64,000 bases of DNA from Polyangia bacterium (GTDB lineage: Bacteria; Myxococcota_A; Polyangia; JAAYKL01): positions 1-64,000 of the forward strand of contig JBNKCR010000034.1 in assembly GCA_050287845.1 (NCBI GenBank). Direction: 5' to 3'. Position numbers and translations under genes: made by a program. Shown piece after piece: positions 1 to 10,184 of the stretch (within the stretch, counting starts at the first letter, position 1; the number at the start of each line of letters is the position of its first letter). The notes beneath the pieces were generated by a model that searched no databases, had not been told where the DNA came from, and saw only the letters and a list, made by a program, of their open reading frames with translations.

Positions 1-72
1 ATACAGGGGCGGTGAATACAGGGGCGGTGAATACAGAGGGGCGGTGAATACAGGGGCGGTGAATACAGGGGC
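1..72 (+). repeat. 15-bp tandem repeat atacaggggcggtga (about 4.7 copies, one 17-bp variant)
   Basis: Read directly; truncated by the window start. Confidence 0.9.
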
Positions 73-90
73 GAGGCATGCCTCGCCCCT
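67..90. repeat. REP-like perfect palindrome aggggcgaggcatgcctcgcccct
   Basis: 24-bp perfect inverted repeat followed by ac (ctac = GTAG tetranucleotide on the other strand). Confidence 0.8.
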
Positions 91-320
91 ACTGGGGACT
101 GTTGTGGGAGGGTTTTAAATCGGCGGCAACCAGACAAATCAACTCGTTGCGGAATACGCTAGGAGCGACAGTCTGGCAGCGCAATTATTACGAGCGTATT
201 CTTCGGAACGATAATGAATTGGCTGTTCGCCGACAATATATCCAGAACAATCCATTCAATTGGGATGACGATGAATACAACCCGTTTAAGGGGAACGTTG
301 GTTAAAACGACCTCCACAAA

Positions 321-459
321 CGCCCCCAACCAAGGTGCCGATAAATGCCGGGATGCGCCATGTCCCTGCAGGGCAAGGCACGCCTCGCCCCCAACCAAGG
401 TGCCGATGAATGCCGGGATGCGCCATGTCCCTGTAGGGCGAGGCATGCCTCGCCCCTAC
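321..459. repeat. Two tandem ~65-bp units, each ending in a REP-like palindrome (gtagggcgaggcatgcctcgcccctac at 433-459)
   Basis: ccaaccaaggtgccgat..tgccgggatgcgccatgtccctg is repeated; the palindrome matches that at 67-90. Confidence 0.8.
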
Positions 460-679
460 GTACCTTCAACGTTCGGGAGGTGTGCCATTGTTTTGTGGGG
501 TGGCACAGATGGTTTTGGCTGTGATGTATTTCCTGAATGGTTTGAATTGAAGGATAAAGTTGGTCTTGTCATCGGATGGAGAGACAGGATGCATCTGGTA
601 CGGTTCCTGCTTTTAAAGGTTCAACGTGTTTATGGGAATTATGCCATGAGGAGTTCTGATGAACCTGTCCGAATCGAAA

Positions 680-3600
680 ATGAATTCATATCCCTTCCTG
701 CCTCCGGGAGCGTTGCTGCTTGCATTGTTCTTCGTCTGCTGTACCTCCCCTGACGGAGAAAAGGATGACGGTACGGACCATTCGACGGAATCGGAAAACG
801 CGGATACCGGAAGCGAAACAGAACCATCGGGAGATACCGGGACGCCGGCTGTTGTCTCCGAACTGCTGATCAATGAGGTGATGACCCGGAATGATGGGGC
901 GTGGGTGGATGAGCGCGGCGAAACCGACGACTACGTGGAGCTGTTCAACAGCGGTACCGCATCTCTCAATCTGGCGGACTTCTGGTTGAGCGATGCGCAG
1001 GGCGCGGCGGTTCGGCTGCCGGAAGTTACCGTTGCCGGCGGGGAATTCATCCTGCTTTTCGCCGATGACGATCCCGAACAGGGGCCGTTGCATCTGCCGT
1101 TCAAACTTTCGTCAGACGGCGACCGGCTATCACTGACCGATTCCCATGGCGCGATAGTGGATGATGTCGTCATTCCCCCTTTACCCGCCAATGTGTCGCT
1201 GCTTCGATTGCCGGATGGCGCGTCTGATTTCACCACATGTATCTGGGCGTCTCCCGGCGTTGCCAATGGCAGTGAGTGTGGCACCTCTTTTTCGCCCACT
1301 GTGTACGATACCGTGACGTTCTCATCATACGACTGGCCACCGGTCTGGCCCGGGTTGCCACCGGTGACAATAAATGAATTCCGAATGTTCGACGACGGAT
1401 TCGTTGAACTGCTCAATCTCTCCTCCGGGGAAGTGAATCTGTCCAGTCTGGATGTCCGTTTTTCGCCGTTGCCTGCGGGAACTCCCTGGCCGGAAAGGAC
1501 AGCGGGCACCCGACTGCCGTTGCCCGAAGGGGTCCTTGCACCCGGCGCGCGTATCGCTGTCGCATTGAACGGGGAAGATGGGGAGATAGCCGACGCCCCC
1601 TGGAACGAAGGGGTCATTTCCCTGTGGCAGACCGATGTGGAGGCGCCATTGGAGCGCATTGATTTCATGCACTGGCCCGATGGCGCTGTGCTGTCCCGTC
1701 AACCGGATGGAACGGGACGTCATGTGTTCTGCAGTGACGATACCCGGGGAGCGGCCAATGATGTCTGTCAGCTGGTGCCCGAGCGCGAAGTGGACAGTCA
1801 TCTCCGGCATCTTCGTACGCCCGGGGATTTCGATGTGCTGGCGGCCGGGGATACCCAGATGGGTGTGCTGTCGGTGAAGCAGGTGGTCGATATGTTGAAC
1901 GATGATCAGTCGTATCTGCTCAAGTCTGAAAAATGGGATTTGCACTACACATTTATTCGGGAGGTGATTCAGGGCAATACCCCGCTGGATCGCTGTGTTG
2001 AAACGGATGAGGTGGCTTTTGAGGCGGGACGGGACCTGTTTAACGACATAAATTATTACAGCTCGGAAAACCGGGAGTATCTGCTGGGGAGTCTGGTGCA
2101 TCACACCGGCGCGGATTTGTTTACGTTTGAATATGTTTCCGATCGGGACGCCATTACCGGTGAACTGATGAAACGCGGATTCTGGGCGGCCATGGAACGG
2201 GTACAGCAACCGACCCGATGGTCGCTGCGTCCGGAAAATCAGAATCAGGTGGATGCGGCGCTGAGTGTGGATGGCCAGCTGCCCATTGTCACCCCATCGG
2301 CGCCGTACCAGAACCGGACATACCAGCCGCTGAACGCCACCGTGGGATATGGCGTGCTGACGTTCATTCCATCGACAGAGCTGGCGGATGCATCCCTGGG
2401 GCCCCAGGTGATTCTGGTGACCGATGCGGTGCCCAATGACATTCCGCTGGCCGCCGGGGTCATCACCGAGAGTTTTCAGACGCCCCTTTCTCATGTGAAT
2501 GTCCTTTCCAGAAGCCGGGGTACCCCGAACATGGCGCTGGTGGATGCACGCAGTAATGAACGCGTCGCGTCCCATCTGGGACAGTTGGTGCGTCTGGAAG
2601 TGGGGCATGGAGACTTCAATATCCAAACGGCCGATGCGTCAGAGGCCGAGGCTTTCTGGAATTCGTTGAAAAATGACGGGCCGTTGCAGATTCCGGCGAT
2701 TGATAGGGATGTGGCGGGGATTGTTTCCCTGACGGATGTGAGTCTTACCGATACGCCGGCCATCGGCGCCAAGGCGGCGGGTCTGGCGGAACTCATCGGA
2801 TTGACCGTGGACTGTGATGTTCCCCTCGTAACGCCACGGGATCCGTTTGCCATTCCCGTATCGCACTATCTGGAACATTTTGAATCGAGTGGCGCGGCAC
2901 AGCGGCTCGCAGAGTTGCGTGCGGACGCGGCGTTCCGGTCCAATCCCGAGGTGCGCCGAAGTGGCCTGGCCGAAGTGAGACGGTTGATTGAACAGTATCC
3001 GGTGTCGCCGGATTTATTGTCCGCAGTGGAATCCCGCATTGCAGATACATTTGGCACGGCGCGGGTGCGGTTTCGCTCCAGCAGCAACACGGAGGACCTG
3101 GACGGATTTTCCGGGGCGGGGCTGTACACATCCCGGAGTGGCGCCCTGGATGATCCCGAACGTCCCATTGAGGACGCCATCCGCACGGTATGGGCCAGCC
3201 TGTGGAATGACCGGGCGTACGATGAGCGGGAATATTACCATGTATCGCAGGACAATGTGGTCATGGGCATTCTGTGCCACGAGGCGTTTTTGTCCGAAAC
3301 GGCCAACGGTGTGGCCATCTCCAGAGACATCAGCCGCCCCTGGCTGGGGTCTTACGATTATGTCAATGTGCAGTTCGGGGAGGCATCGGTGACCAATCCC
3401 GCCCCGGGTATCAGTGCCGATCTGTTCATTCATCGCTACTGGCTGGATCCCAGTGAAACCTATTATGCCCAGAGCACCTTCATGGACGGGGAAACGGTGC
3501 TGACCGGGGATGAAGTGGCCAACCTCCATTGTGTGCTGCGGGAAATCCAGAAGCATCTGCGTCCCATTTACGACCCCGATGGTGAGAACGACCGCTTTAC

Positions 3601-3706
3601 CGTTGAGATTGAATTCAAACTCATCGACCCGGCCCGAACCCTGATGGTCAAACAGGCCAGACCCTACTCCTTCGGAAAAGTGGAAATCCCCCACGATTGT
3701 CCATAG
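680..3706 (+). CDS. Predicted lipoprotein: lamin-tail domains + phospho-His swivel + PEP-synthase/PPDK-type ATP-grasp domain
   Basis: Hydrophobic N-terminus ending FFVCC; LLINEVM..DYVELFN and TINEF..FVELLN (LTD); TPLSHVNVLSRSRGTPN (His domain); IGAKAAGL, RFRSSSNTED..GAGLY, IEFK, KQARP (nucleotide-binding domain); alternative start 659. Confidence 0.8.
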   Translation: MNSYPFLPPGALLLALFFVCCTSPDGEKDDGTDHSTESENADTGSETEPSGDTGTPAVVSELLINEVMTRNDGAWVDERGETDDYVELFNSGTASLNLADFWLSDAQGAAVRLPEVTVAGGEFILLFADDDPEQGPLHLPFKLSSDGDRLSLTDSHGAIVDDVVIPPLPANVSLLRLPDGASDFTTCIWASPGVANGSECGTSFSPTVYDTVTFSSYDWPPVWPGLPPVTINEFRMFDDGFVELLNLSSGEVNLSSLDVRFSPLPAGTPWPERTAGTRLPLPEGVLAPGARIAVALNGEDGEIADAPWNEGVISLWQTDVEAPLERIDFMHWPDGAVLSRQPDGTGRHVFCSDDTRGAANDVCQLVPEREVDSHLRHLRTPGDFDVLAAGDTQMGVLSVKQVVDMLNDDQSYLLKSEKWDLHYTFIREVIQGNTPLDRCVETDEVAFEAGRDLFNDINYYSSENREYLLGSLVHHTGADLFTFEYVSDRDAITGELMKRGFWAAMERVQQPTRWSLRPENQNQVDAALSVDGQLPIVTPSAPYQNRTYQPLNATVGYGVLTFIPSTELADASLGPQVILVTDAVPNDIPLAAGVITESFQTPLSHVNVLSRSRGTPNMALVDARSNERVASHLGQLVRLEVGHGDFNIQTADASEAEAFWNSLKNDGPLQIPAIDRDVAGIVSLTDVSLTDTPAIGAKAAGLAELIGLTVDCDVPLVTPRDPFAIPVSHYLEHFESSGAAQRLAELRADAAFRSNPEVRRSGLAEVRRLIEQYPVSPDLLSAVESRIADTFGTARVRFRSSSNTEDLDGFSGAGLYTSRSGALDDPERPIEDAIRTVWASLWNDRAYDEREYYHVSQDNVVMGILCHEAFLSETANGVAISRDISRPWLGSYDYVNVQFGEASVTNPAPGISADLFIHRYWLDPSETYYAQSTFMDGETVLTGDEVANLHCVLREIQKHLRPIYDPDGENDRFTVEIEFKLIDPARTLMVKQARPYSFGKVEIPHDCP

Positions 3707-3850
3707 CTGCCTTCTGGCGTTCATCCTCCCTCGTAACCGGATTTATTGCCTTCCCCTCGACGAGGGGGGGATGTTGTCGTAAATTGCGAAATGTCCAGAA
3801 TTTCCTTTTGTAACCCCCTTTTCCAGGTGGAAAACTGCGCTGCCTCCCCA

Positions 3851-3958
3851 CCAGTTACAAATGGCTCGGAGTGATTATTGTTCGGTGATTATTGTTCGGA
3901 TACCCAGTCACAAATGGCCCAGTCACAAATGGCCCGGAGTGATTATTGTTCGGATACC
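3851..3958. repeat. Duplicated ~39-bp unit with internal slipped duplications
   Basis: ccagtcacaaatggcccggagtgattattgttcggatac x2, with gtgattattgttcg and agtcacaaatggccc each internally doubled. Confidence 0.8.
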
Positions 3959-4017
3959 TGACAGGTTCAACACGTCACGTTGGGGCGAATCCTGTGCTCG
4001 TCCTGAAAGAATTGTAT

Positions 4018-4078
4018 ATTCGTAATATATTACGAATTAAGTCTTGTATTAGGGGTATATTCGTCTTATATTGCGAGT
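4018..4078. promoter_or_regulatory. Two probable HipB operators
   Basis: Perfect 20-bp palindrome attcgtaatatattacgaat (4018-4037) and degenerate copy attcgtcttatattgcgagt (4059-4078) just upstream of the HTH gene; hipBA operons are known to be autorepressed at palindromes. Confidence 0.65.
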
Positions 4079-4091
4079 TAGGTGGTTTATT

Positions 4092-4433
4092 ATGCGAATT
4101 GACAATTATACGACGCCGGAGACGGCGCTGAAAGAGGTGGGGCAACGGGTTGAATGGCGCAGGCGGGAAATGGGATTGACGCAACAGGAGATGGCCGCGC
4201 GGTGCGGGATAGGCAAGCGGACGCTGGAGCGAATTGAGGCGGGCCAGGATACCCAGCTGTCAACGTTGATCAAAGTAATGCAGACAATGGGCCTGGGAGA
4301 CAGGCTTGATGGGCTTTTTCCAAAGGCAGAGCGCTCCCCCATGATGGCGCTCGAAAAGACGGAGACGTTGCCCAGACGCATCAGAAAAAAGTCAGCGGAG
4401 AAACAGGGATGGAAATGGGGGGATGAAGAATGA
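4092..4433 (+). CDS. hipB: HipB-like XRE-family HTH antitoxin
   Basis: RRREMGLTQQEMAARCGIGKRTLERIEAG HTH; C-terminal WKWGDE; ATGA overlap with hipA. Confidence 0.85.
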   Translation: MRIDNYTTPETALKEVGQRVEWRRREMGLTQQEMAARCGIGKRTLERIEAGQDTQLSTLIKVMQTMGLGDRLDGLFPKAERSPMMALEKTETLPRRIRKKSAEKQGWKWGDEE

Positions 4434-5725
4434 CGACCATCGCCGAAGTGAAAATGTGGGGAACCACTATTGGCGCCGTGATGATGGAAGACGGCGAACA
4501 GACGGCACGGTTTCAGTATGATGGGGCGTTTGCCAAAAGCGGTATCGCGCCGTCGCCTCTGATGATGCCCACGGGCAATGCCGTCTACGAGTTTCCTGCA
4601 CTTTCCTCACATAGTTTTCATGGTCTGCCGGGGATGCTGGCGGATTCCTTGCCGGATAAATTTGGTAACGCATTGATTGATGCGTGGCTGGCACGTCAGG
4701 GGCGTTCCCCATCGTCGTTTAATGCTGTGGAACGCTTGTGCTATACCGGCGCACGCGGTATGGGCGCGCTGGAATATGTGCCTGCCACCGGTCCGGAGTC
4801 CGATGGCGAAACGGGGTTGTCTGTCGCTCACCTGGTGGAATTGGCCAATGCGATCCTGTCTCACCGGGATGGTCTGGATACGTCGTTTGCTGCCGATACG
4901 TCTCTGGCAATTGGCGATATATTGAAAGTCGGCACATCAGCCGGAGGGGCCAGAGCCAAAGCGGTAATCGCCTGGAATCCCACATCTGGTCAGGTGCGTA
5001 GCGGTCAAACCACGCTTGCGCCGGGGTTCGAGCACTGGCTGCTGAAGTTCGATGGTATTTCCAATAATCGCGACAAAGAACTGGCCGACCCACAGGGTTT
5101 CGGTGCCATTGAGTATGCCTATTACAAAATGGCCTGCGATAGCGGCATTCAAATGAGTGAATGCAGGCTGCTGGAAGAGGGGGTACGGCGGCATTTCATG
5201 ACAAGAAGATTTGACCGCGTGGACGACGATAAGCGACACATGCAAACGCTGGGCGCTCTGGCTCATATGGATTATAATCTGGCGGGCGCTTATGCCTATG
5301 AACAGGCAATGGATGTGGCGAGAAGACTGGGGCTTTCTGCCAGTGCGACTTCTCAGCTGTTTCGGCGGATGGTGTTCAACGTCGTGGCCCGCAATCAGGA
5401 TGACCATGTAAAAAACATTGCGTTTCTGATGGACCGGGAAGGGCGATGGTCGCTGGCTCCCGCATATGACATGACGTACAGTTATTACCCCGGGGGCAGG
5501 TGGACATCCCAGCATCAGATGACCGTCAATGGCAAGCGCAACCACTTCACACGAGAGGATTTTGACAATTGCGGCAGTGTGGCTCGGCTGAAGCGAGGCG
5601 AAGCCAGGCGCGTGCTCGGCGACGTATTGCGGGTGGTGACGAAATGGCGGGACTACGCGGACGATGCCGCAGTGAACCCGCAACAGCGAGATGCAATCTG
5701 GAAAACGCTGCGTCTGGATATTTGA
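4430..5725 (+). CDS. hipA: HipA-family Ser/Thr kinase toxin
   Basis: DSLPDKFG, GTSAGGARAKA, NQDDHVKN and LAPAYD motifs. Confidence 0.92.
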   Translation: MTTIAEVKMWGTTIGAVMMEDGEQTARFQYDGAFAKSGIAPSPLMMPTGNAVYEFPALSSHSFHGLPGMLADSLPDKFGNALIDAWLARQGRSPSSFNAVERLCYTGARGMGALEYVPATGPESDGETGLSVAHLVELANAILSHRDGLDTSFAADTSLAIGDILKVGTSAGGARAKAVIAWNPTSGQVRSGQTTLAPGFEHWLLKFDGISNNRDKELADPQGFGAIEYAYYKMACDSGIQMSECRLLEEGVRRHFMTRRFDRVDDDKRHMQTLGALAHMDYNLAGAYAYEQAMDVARRLGLSASATSQLFRRMVFNVVARNQDDHVKNIAFLMDREGRWSLAPAYDMTYSYYPGGRWTSQHQMTVNGKRNHFTREDFDNCGSVARLKRGEARRVLGDVLRVVTKWRDYADDAAVNPQQRDAIWKTLRLDI

Positions 5726-5753
5726 AATCAATAATTCCTGCTGCCCGTCATAA

Positions 5754-5920
5754 CAGGCCCGGAGTGATTATGGTTTGGCCAAAGAGTTTCTGGGCGAAAA
5801 GGACGAGAAAAACCCGGTGGCGGGACGGCTCGAATTTGTGGGGCGCAGGCGTCAGATGCAAACCATTCTGCGCGGATTTCGCACCTGCGAAAAGCAGGGG
5901 TACTATCGCCCTGCATTTTC
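5754..5920 (+). pseudogene. Short remnant resembling the pre-P-loop segment of a CHAT/STAND-type ATPase
   Basis: KEFL..PVAGRLEFVGRRRQMQTILRGFR resembles the FVGR motif preceding Walker A; no Walker A follows. Confidence 0.35.
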
Positions 5921-6304
5921 CGGCAATCTATCAGGTCATTTTGTTCCATCGCTGCTGAAAGAATAAATGATGAGTGCCACATATGTGGACGTTACAAAGA
6001 TCCGATACCCCTGATGGCCCATCGTCGGCGTTCTTGACAACCCGATTTTTAAGGCGTATCAGGTGGTTGAATCAGCGATGGGCAACATTGGAAACCCGCC
6101 CATCACCAGAAGAGGAAACAGCATGTATCAGTATCAACTTTCGGGTGACATACCACAGCAGGATGGCGAGGACCCTTACCCTGCATCTGACTTCGCATGC
6201 GGTTCTCGGCACGGCGCACTTCCATTCCCCGGGGAATTTTAATCGGTGGATTGATGTCCGCTTCCATGCCGTGACCCCACTGCGGCAAAGGAAGGAGGCG
6301 GACC

Positions 6305-7684
6305 ATGAACAACGCCTTATCAATTCGCGTCATTCGAGCGCTGCTTACAGACAGAAACAACAGAAAAGCCCGTGAAATTTGTGCTGCGGCCCATCCGGTG
6401 GATGTGGCGGTGCTCCTTTCGACCCTGACACCAGACGAAGTATGGCAGGCGCTCCGGAGCTTTGATGCCACGGTCGGTGCGAAAATATTCGCATATCTGG
6501 AAGTGGATCTTCAACGGGAGCTGTCGACGATTTTAACCCGGGATGAAATGGCGTCGCTGCTCAAAGAGATGCGGCCGGATGATCGCGCGGATTTTCTCCA
6601 ACAGTTGCCCCCGGAAATGCAGGAGATTGTCGTTGGCGCCATGGCCCAGACGGAGCAGGAGGATATTCGTCGACTGTGTGCGTTCAGGCAGGGAACGGTG
6701 GGCGCGGTGATGACGTCTGATTATACCCTGCTGCAATCGGAGCTCACGGTGGAGGAAGCCATTTCAAGGCTCCGCCTGGTGGCGCCCAATAAAGAAACAA
6801 TTTACTATTCCTACGTGGTGGATGGGTTTCGGCGGCTGGTGGGATTTGTCTCGTTAAAAGATTTGATTCTGGCGAATCCGCAAAAGCGGGTGAGTGACAT
6901 TTATCACCGGGAAATTCTTTTTGCCCATGTGTCGGATGACCAGGAAGACGCGGCGCGCCGGATTCAGAAGTACGATTTGCTGGCGTTGCCGGTGGTGGAT
7001 GAAAATGAAGCGCTGGTGGGGATTGTCACCCACGATGATGCCATGGCGATTTTAATCCAGGAACAGACCGAAGACGTGGAAAAAATGATGGCCATCGGCG
7101 GACCGCACGAACCGGGGATGTACCTGCGGACATCATCAATGGAACACTTTCGACGGCGGGTGACCTGGATTGTGGTGCTGGCATTGCTGGGCCTGGTGTC
7201 GGGATATATCATTCAGGCGTTCGAAGGGTTGTTGCTGCAGTTCAGTATTCTCGCCACGTTCATTCCCATGCTGGCGGATACCGGGGGAAATACCGGCAGT
7301 CAGTCCTCCACCCTGGTGGTGCGCGCCCTGGCGCTCAAGGAAATCAGTCCGGCAGATATATTCAAGGTGCTGTTCAAGGAACTGAAGGTATCTGCCCCTC
7401 TGGGGATTGTCCTTTCTGTTCTGGCCTATGCCCGGGTGACCATTTTTTCAGACGCCGCTGCCTGCGGAAGTGGCGTCACCTGTACGCGCCTGGCGCTCGC
7501 TGTGGCCACTGCTCTTGGCTTGCAGGTGGTTACCGCAACGCTAATTGGGGCGTTGCTTCCCATCATCGCGGTGAAGGGGAAGTTCGATCCGGCCGTGGTG
7601 GCGAGTCCCGCGTTGACCACTGTGGTCGATATTACCGGATTATTTCTGTATTTCTTTACTTTAAAGTTGATTCTTGGCATGTGA
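6305..7684 (+). CDS. mgtE: Magnesium transporter MgtE
   Basis: MgtE N domain, CBS pair, DTGGNTGSQ and [18 protein letters not shown]. Confidence 0.95.
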   Translation: MNNALSIRVIRALLTDRNNRKAREICAAAHPVDVAVLLSTLTPDEVWQALRSFDATVGAKIFAYLEVDLQRELSTILTRDEMASLLKEMRPDDRADFLQQLPPEMQEIVVGAMAQTEQEDIRRLCAFRQGTVGAVMTSDYTLLQSELTVEEAISRLRLVAPNKETIYYSYVVDGFRRLVGFVSLKDLILANPQKRVSDIYHREILFAHVSDDQEDAARRIQKYDLLALPVVDENEALVGIVTHDDAMAILIQEQTEDVEKMMAIGGPHEPGMYLRTSSMEHFRRRVTWIVVLALLGLVSGYIIQAFEGLLLQFSILATFIPMLADTGGNTGSQSSTLVVRALALKEISPADIFKVLFKELKVSAPLGIVLSVLAYARVTIFSDAAACGSGVTCTRLALAVATALGLQVVTATLIGALLPIIAVKGKFDPAVVASPALTTVVDITGLFLYFFTLKLILGM

Positions 7685-7728
7685 ACTGCGGTCGATGGAT
7701 TTGTCCGTTGAACTCTGGCAGGAGCAGC

Positions 7729-8733
7729 ATGATCACACCCCCCATTGAACAGACAATTCTGAACGCTACTCAGGCGGAATCCCTTGAATTTGTGGAGCAG
7801 ATTCAGACCCTCTGGAGCGGATATGGCCAGATCTTCAAGGCGGTGCTGCACGGGGCGCTGGACAGTGCACAACCATTACCTGTGGTGGTCAAGCATGTGA
7901 AATGGCCAACGCAGAGGCATCATCCCACGGGCTGGGTGTCGGATTTTTCCCATCAGCGGAAAGTGCGATCGTATGAAGTGGAATGCGCCTTTTACACCCG
8001 TTATGCAACCCAATGTGACGTCCATTGTCGCGTACCGGAAATGGTGGTCATCGACACCCACGAAGATGAATTGCTCATTGTGCTTGAAGATCTGGATGCG
8101 GCGGGGTTTCCCCTTCGCAAGTACCGGTTGTCCTCCCGGGAAATTGAGGTGACCCTGAAATGGCTGGCCCATTTTCACGGCGCGTTTCTCGGTGCGAAAC
8201 CGGATGGTCTGTGGCCCATTGGTACCTACTGGCATCTGGACACCCGTCCGGACGAACTGGCGCAGATGGGGGACGGACCACTCCGACAGGCGGCCCGAAA
8301 GATTGATGCCATGTTGAACCGGGCTACATTTCAGACCCTGGTGCATGGGGATGCCAAGGTGGCCAATTTCTGTTATGGCCGGGGCGGAAAAAAAGTGGCT
8401 GCGGTGGATTTTCAGTATGTGGGGGGCGGCTGCGGGATGAAGGATGTGGCGTATTTTCTGGGAAGCTGCCTGCACGAAGATGAATGCGAACGGCGGGAAG
8501 ACCAGCTGCTGGATTGGTATTTCTCCTGCCTGAAACACGCAGTGACCACTTCCGGAAAGACGGTGGTGTTTTCGCTCCTTGAAAGCGAATGGCGGGAATT
8601 GTATCACGTGGCCTGGGTGGATTTTCATCGGTTCATCAAGGGGTGGACCGTGGAAAACTGGGCGTCCGACGACTACAGCGAGCGACTGACCCGCAAGGTG
8701 CTGGATACCCTGGCGAAACGAGATGGATTGTGA
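7729..8733 (+). CDS. Ecdysteroid-kinase-like/APH-family phosphotransferase (DUF1679-like)
   Basis: [23 protein letters not shown]; ggag RBS at 7721. Confidence 0.85.
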   Translation: MITPPIEQTILNATQAESLEFVEQIQTLWSGYGQIFKAVLHGALDSAQPLPVVVKHVKWPTQRHHPTGWVSDFSHQRKVRSYEVECAFYTRYATQCDVHCRVPEMVVIDTHEDELLIVLEDLDAAGFPLRKYRLSSREIEVTLKWLAHFHGAFLGAKPDGLWPIGTYWHLDTRPDELAQMGDGPLRQAARKIDAMLNRATFQTLVHGDAKVANFCYGRGGKKVAAVDFQYVGGGCGMKDVAYFLGSCLHEDECERREDQLLDWYFSCLKHAVTTSGKTVVFSLLESEWRELYHVAWVDFHRFIKGWTVENWASDDYSERLTRKVLDTLAKRDGL

Positions 8734-9617
8734 CATTGGAACGGAATGAACTTGAGGAACTCCTGAAACTGGCCATTGCCGCGGCAAGAAGCGCAGCAGC
8801 GGTGATTGGGCAGTATCGGCACACCACTCTGGATGTGCGGCGCAAGGGGGAAGGCACCCTGTCATCCACCGTGGTGACGGAAGTGGATGTGAAATCTCAG
8901 AGCGTGATCGTGGAAACACTCATGCCTGCCCTTGAGAAGTTTGATATTGCCCTGCTCAGTGAAGAACAGCCGGATGATGGCGCCCGTCTTGAAAAACGCG
9001 CATTCTTCTGCGTGGATCCCCTGGATGGCACCCTGCCTTTCATTGAGGGAAAACCGGGCTACTCGGTGTCCATCGGTCTGGTGTCCAGGGCGGGGGAACC
9101 CCTGTTGGGAGTGATTCTCGATCCGCAGGCAGGGCGGCTGTACAGCGCCATCCGGGGAGGTGGGGCGTTCTGCGGCAGCGAGCGGATTTCGATGGCAATG
9201 GGAGAACCGGAAAGCGTCCTCACCGCAGTGGTGGACCGCAGTGCCATTGAAAGCGATACGCTGTCAGATATGACGCAGATTGCGAACCGGGTTTCCCGAA
9301 AACTCGCCTGTGAATCGGTGGATATTTTTAATTACGGAGGCGCCGCCATGAACGCGATGGTGGCACTGCGCCGTCAACCGGGGTGTTACTTCAAGTTTCC
9401 AAAAAAGGGAGAAAGCGGTGGCAGTCTGTGGGATTATGGCGCATCGGCCTGTATTTACCGGGAGGCGGGGGCAGTGGCCACAGATATATTCGGCGAACCG
9501 CTCCAGCTGAACCGACCGGATTCCACCTATATGAATCACCGGGGATTCATCTATGCCACCGACGCACGGATTGGGGAGTTGGTTCAGCGACTGTGCCGGG
9601 AGCGGGACATCGTCTGA
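8730..9617 (+). CDS. Inositol monophosphatase/CysQ-family phosphatase
   Basis: SEE, VDPLDGT, WDYGA; GTGA overlap with the kinase gene. Confidence 0.88.
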   Translation: MTLERNELEELLKLAIAAARSAAAVIGQYRHTTLDVRRKGEGTLSSTVVTEVDVKSQSVIVETLMPALEKFDIALLSEEQPDDGARLEKRAFFCVDPLDGTLPFIEGKPGYSVSIGLVSRAGEPLLGVILDPQAGRLYSAIRGGGAFCGSERISMAMGEPESVLTAVVDRSAIESDTLSDMTQIANRVSRKLACESVDIFNYGGAAMNAMVALRRQPGCYFKFPKKGESGGSLWDYGASACIYREAGAVATDIFGEPLQLNRPDSTYMNHRGFIYATDARIGELVQRLCRERDIV

Positions 9618-9715
9618 GGCGTAGTTTCCCTGCCGTATATAAAAAGCAGGCACAGGTTCGCATTTGACTCCTTGCCGGGGTTTCATTTTTAAAAAGGGTA
9701 TTGCGACGATATACC

Positions 9716-9726
9716 TGTGATATAAT
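9716..9726 (+). promoter_or_regulatory. Extended -10 sigma70-type promoter
   Basis: tgtgatataat matches TRTGnTATAAT exactly, about 40 nt before the ATG at 9768. Confidence 0.6.
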
Positions 9727-9767
9727 GATTTAAATCGCAACTGTTTTGCCCGCTGGAGTCCATTGCC

Positions 9768-10172
9768 ATGAAAAACAGAAAAAAACCGCTGCTACACCCA
9801 TCGCGCCCTGAATATCCGAGTACAGAAGATATTTCAGATAGACGATCATTTTTACGGAAGCTTGGCGTTGCCGGGTTGCTGGGCGGCGCGGGAATGTTGC
9901 TGCTGGCTTGTGACAATGTGGAAGATGAACCGAATCTGCCGGGCCGTACCGAAGATCCCGATGGCGGCAGTGATGACAACGACACCGATACATTGGACGA
10001 CTCCGATACGCCAGGGGATTCGGATTCGGTGGATGAACCGGGCACTGCCACCGAACCGGACACAGAGAGCGAAGCCGCAAGTGACGCCGATGAGGATACG
10101 GCCACAGACTCGACCGTTTCGACAGAACCGCAGCCCACCGATGACGGGATGATCATGGGCATCATCGAATAG
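9768..10172 (+). CDS. Small acidic Tat-signal lipoprotein; candidate radical SAM substrate
   Basis: DRRSFLRK twin-arginine motif, h-region, LLAC lipobox, D/E/T-rich body, C-terminal GMIMGIIE. Confidence 0.75.
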   Translation: MKNRKKPLLHPSRPEYPSTEDISDRRSFLRKLGVAGLLGGAGMLLLACDNVEDEPNLPGRTEDPDGGSDDNDTDTLDDSDTPGDSDSVDEPGTATEPDTESEAASDADEDTATDSTVSTEPQPTDDGMIMGIIE

Positions 10173-10184
10173 CGTTGAACGCCG

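Larger units (their letters stand above)
1..305 (+). pseudogene. 3' part of REP-associated tyrosine transposase (RAYT, IS200/Y1 family), frameshifted
   Basis: GARHASPLLGTVVGGF (frame from 59) continues after an extra T (tttt 113-116) as FKSAATRQIN...WQRNYYERILRN...YIQNNP, a typical RAYT C-terminus; the 5' part lies outside the window. Confidence 0.8.

Noticed and set aside
1..72. Possible CRISPR or iteron array
   Set aside because: 15-bp units without spacers, lying in the reading frame of a transposase remnant
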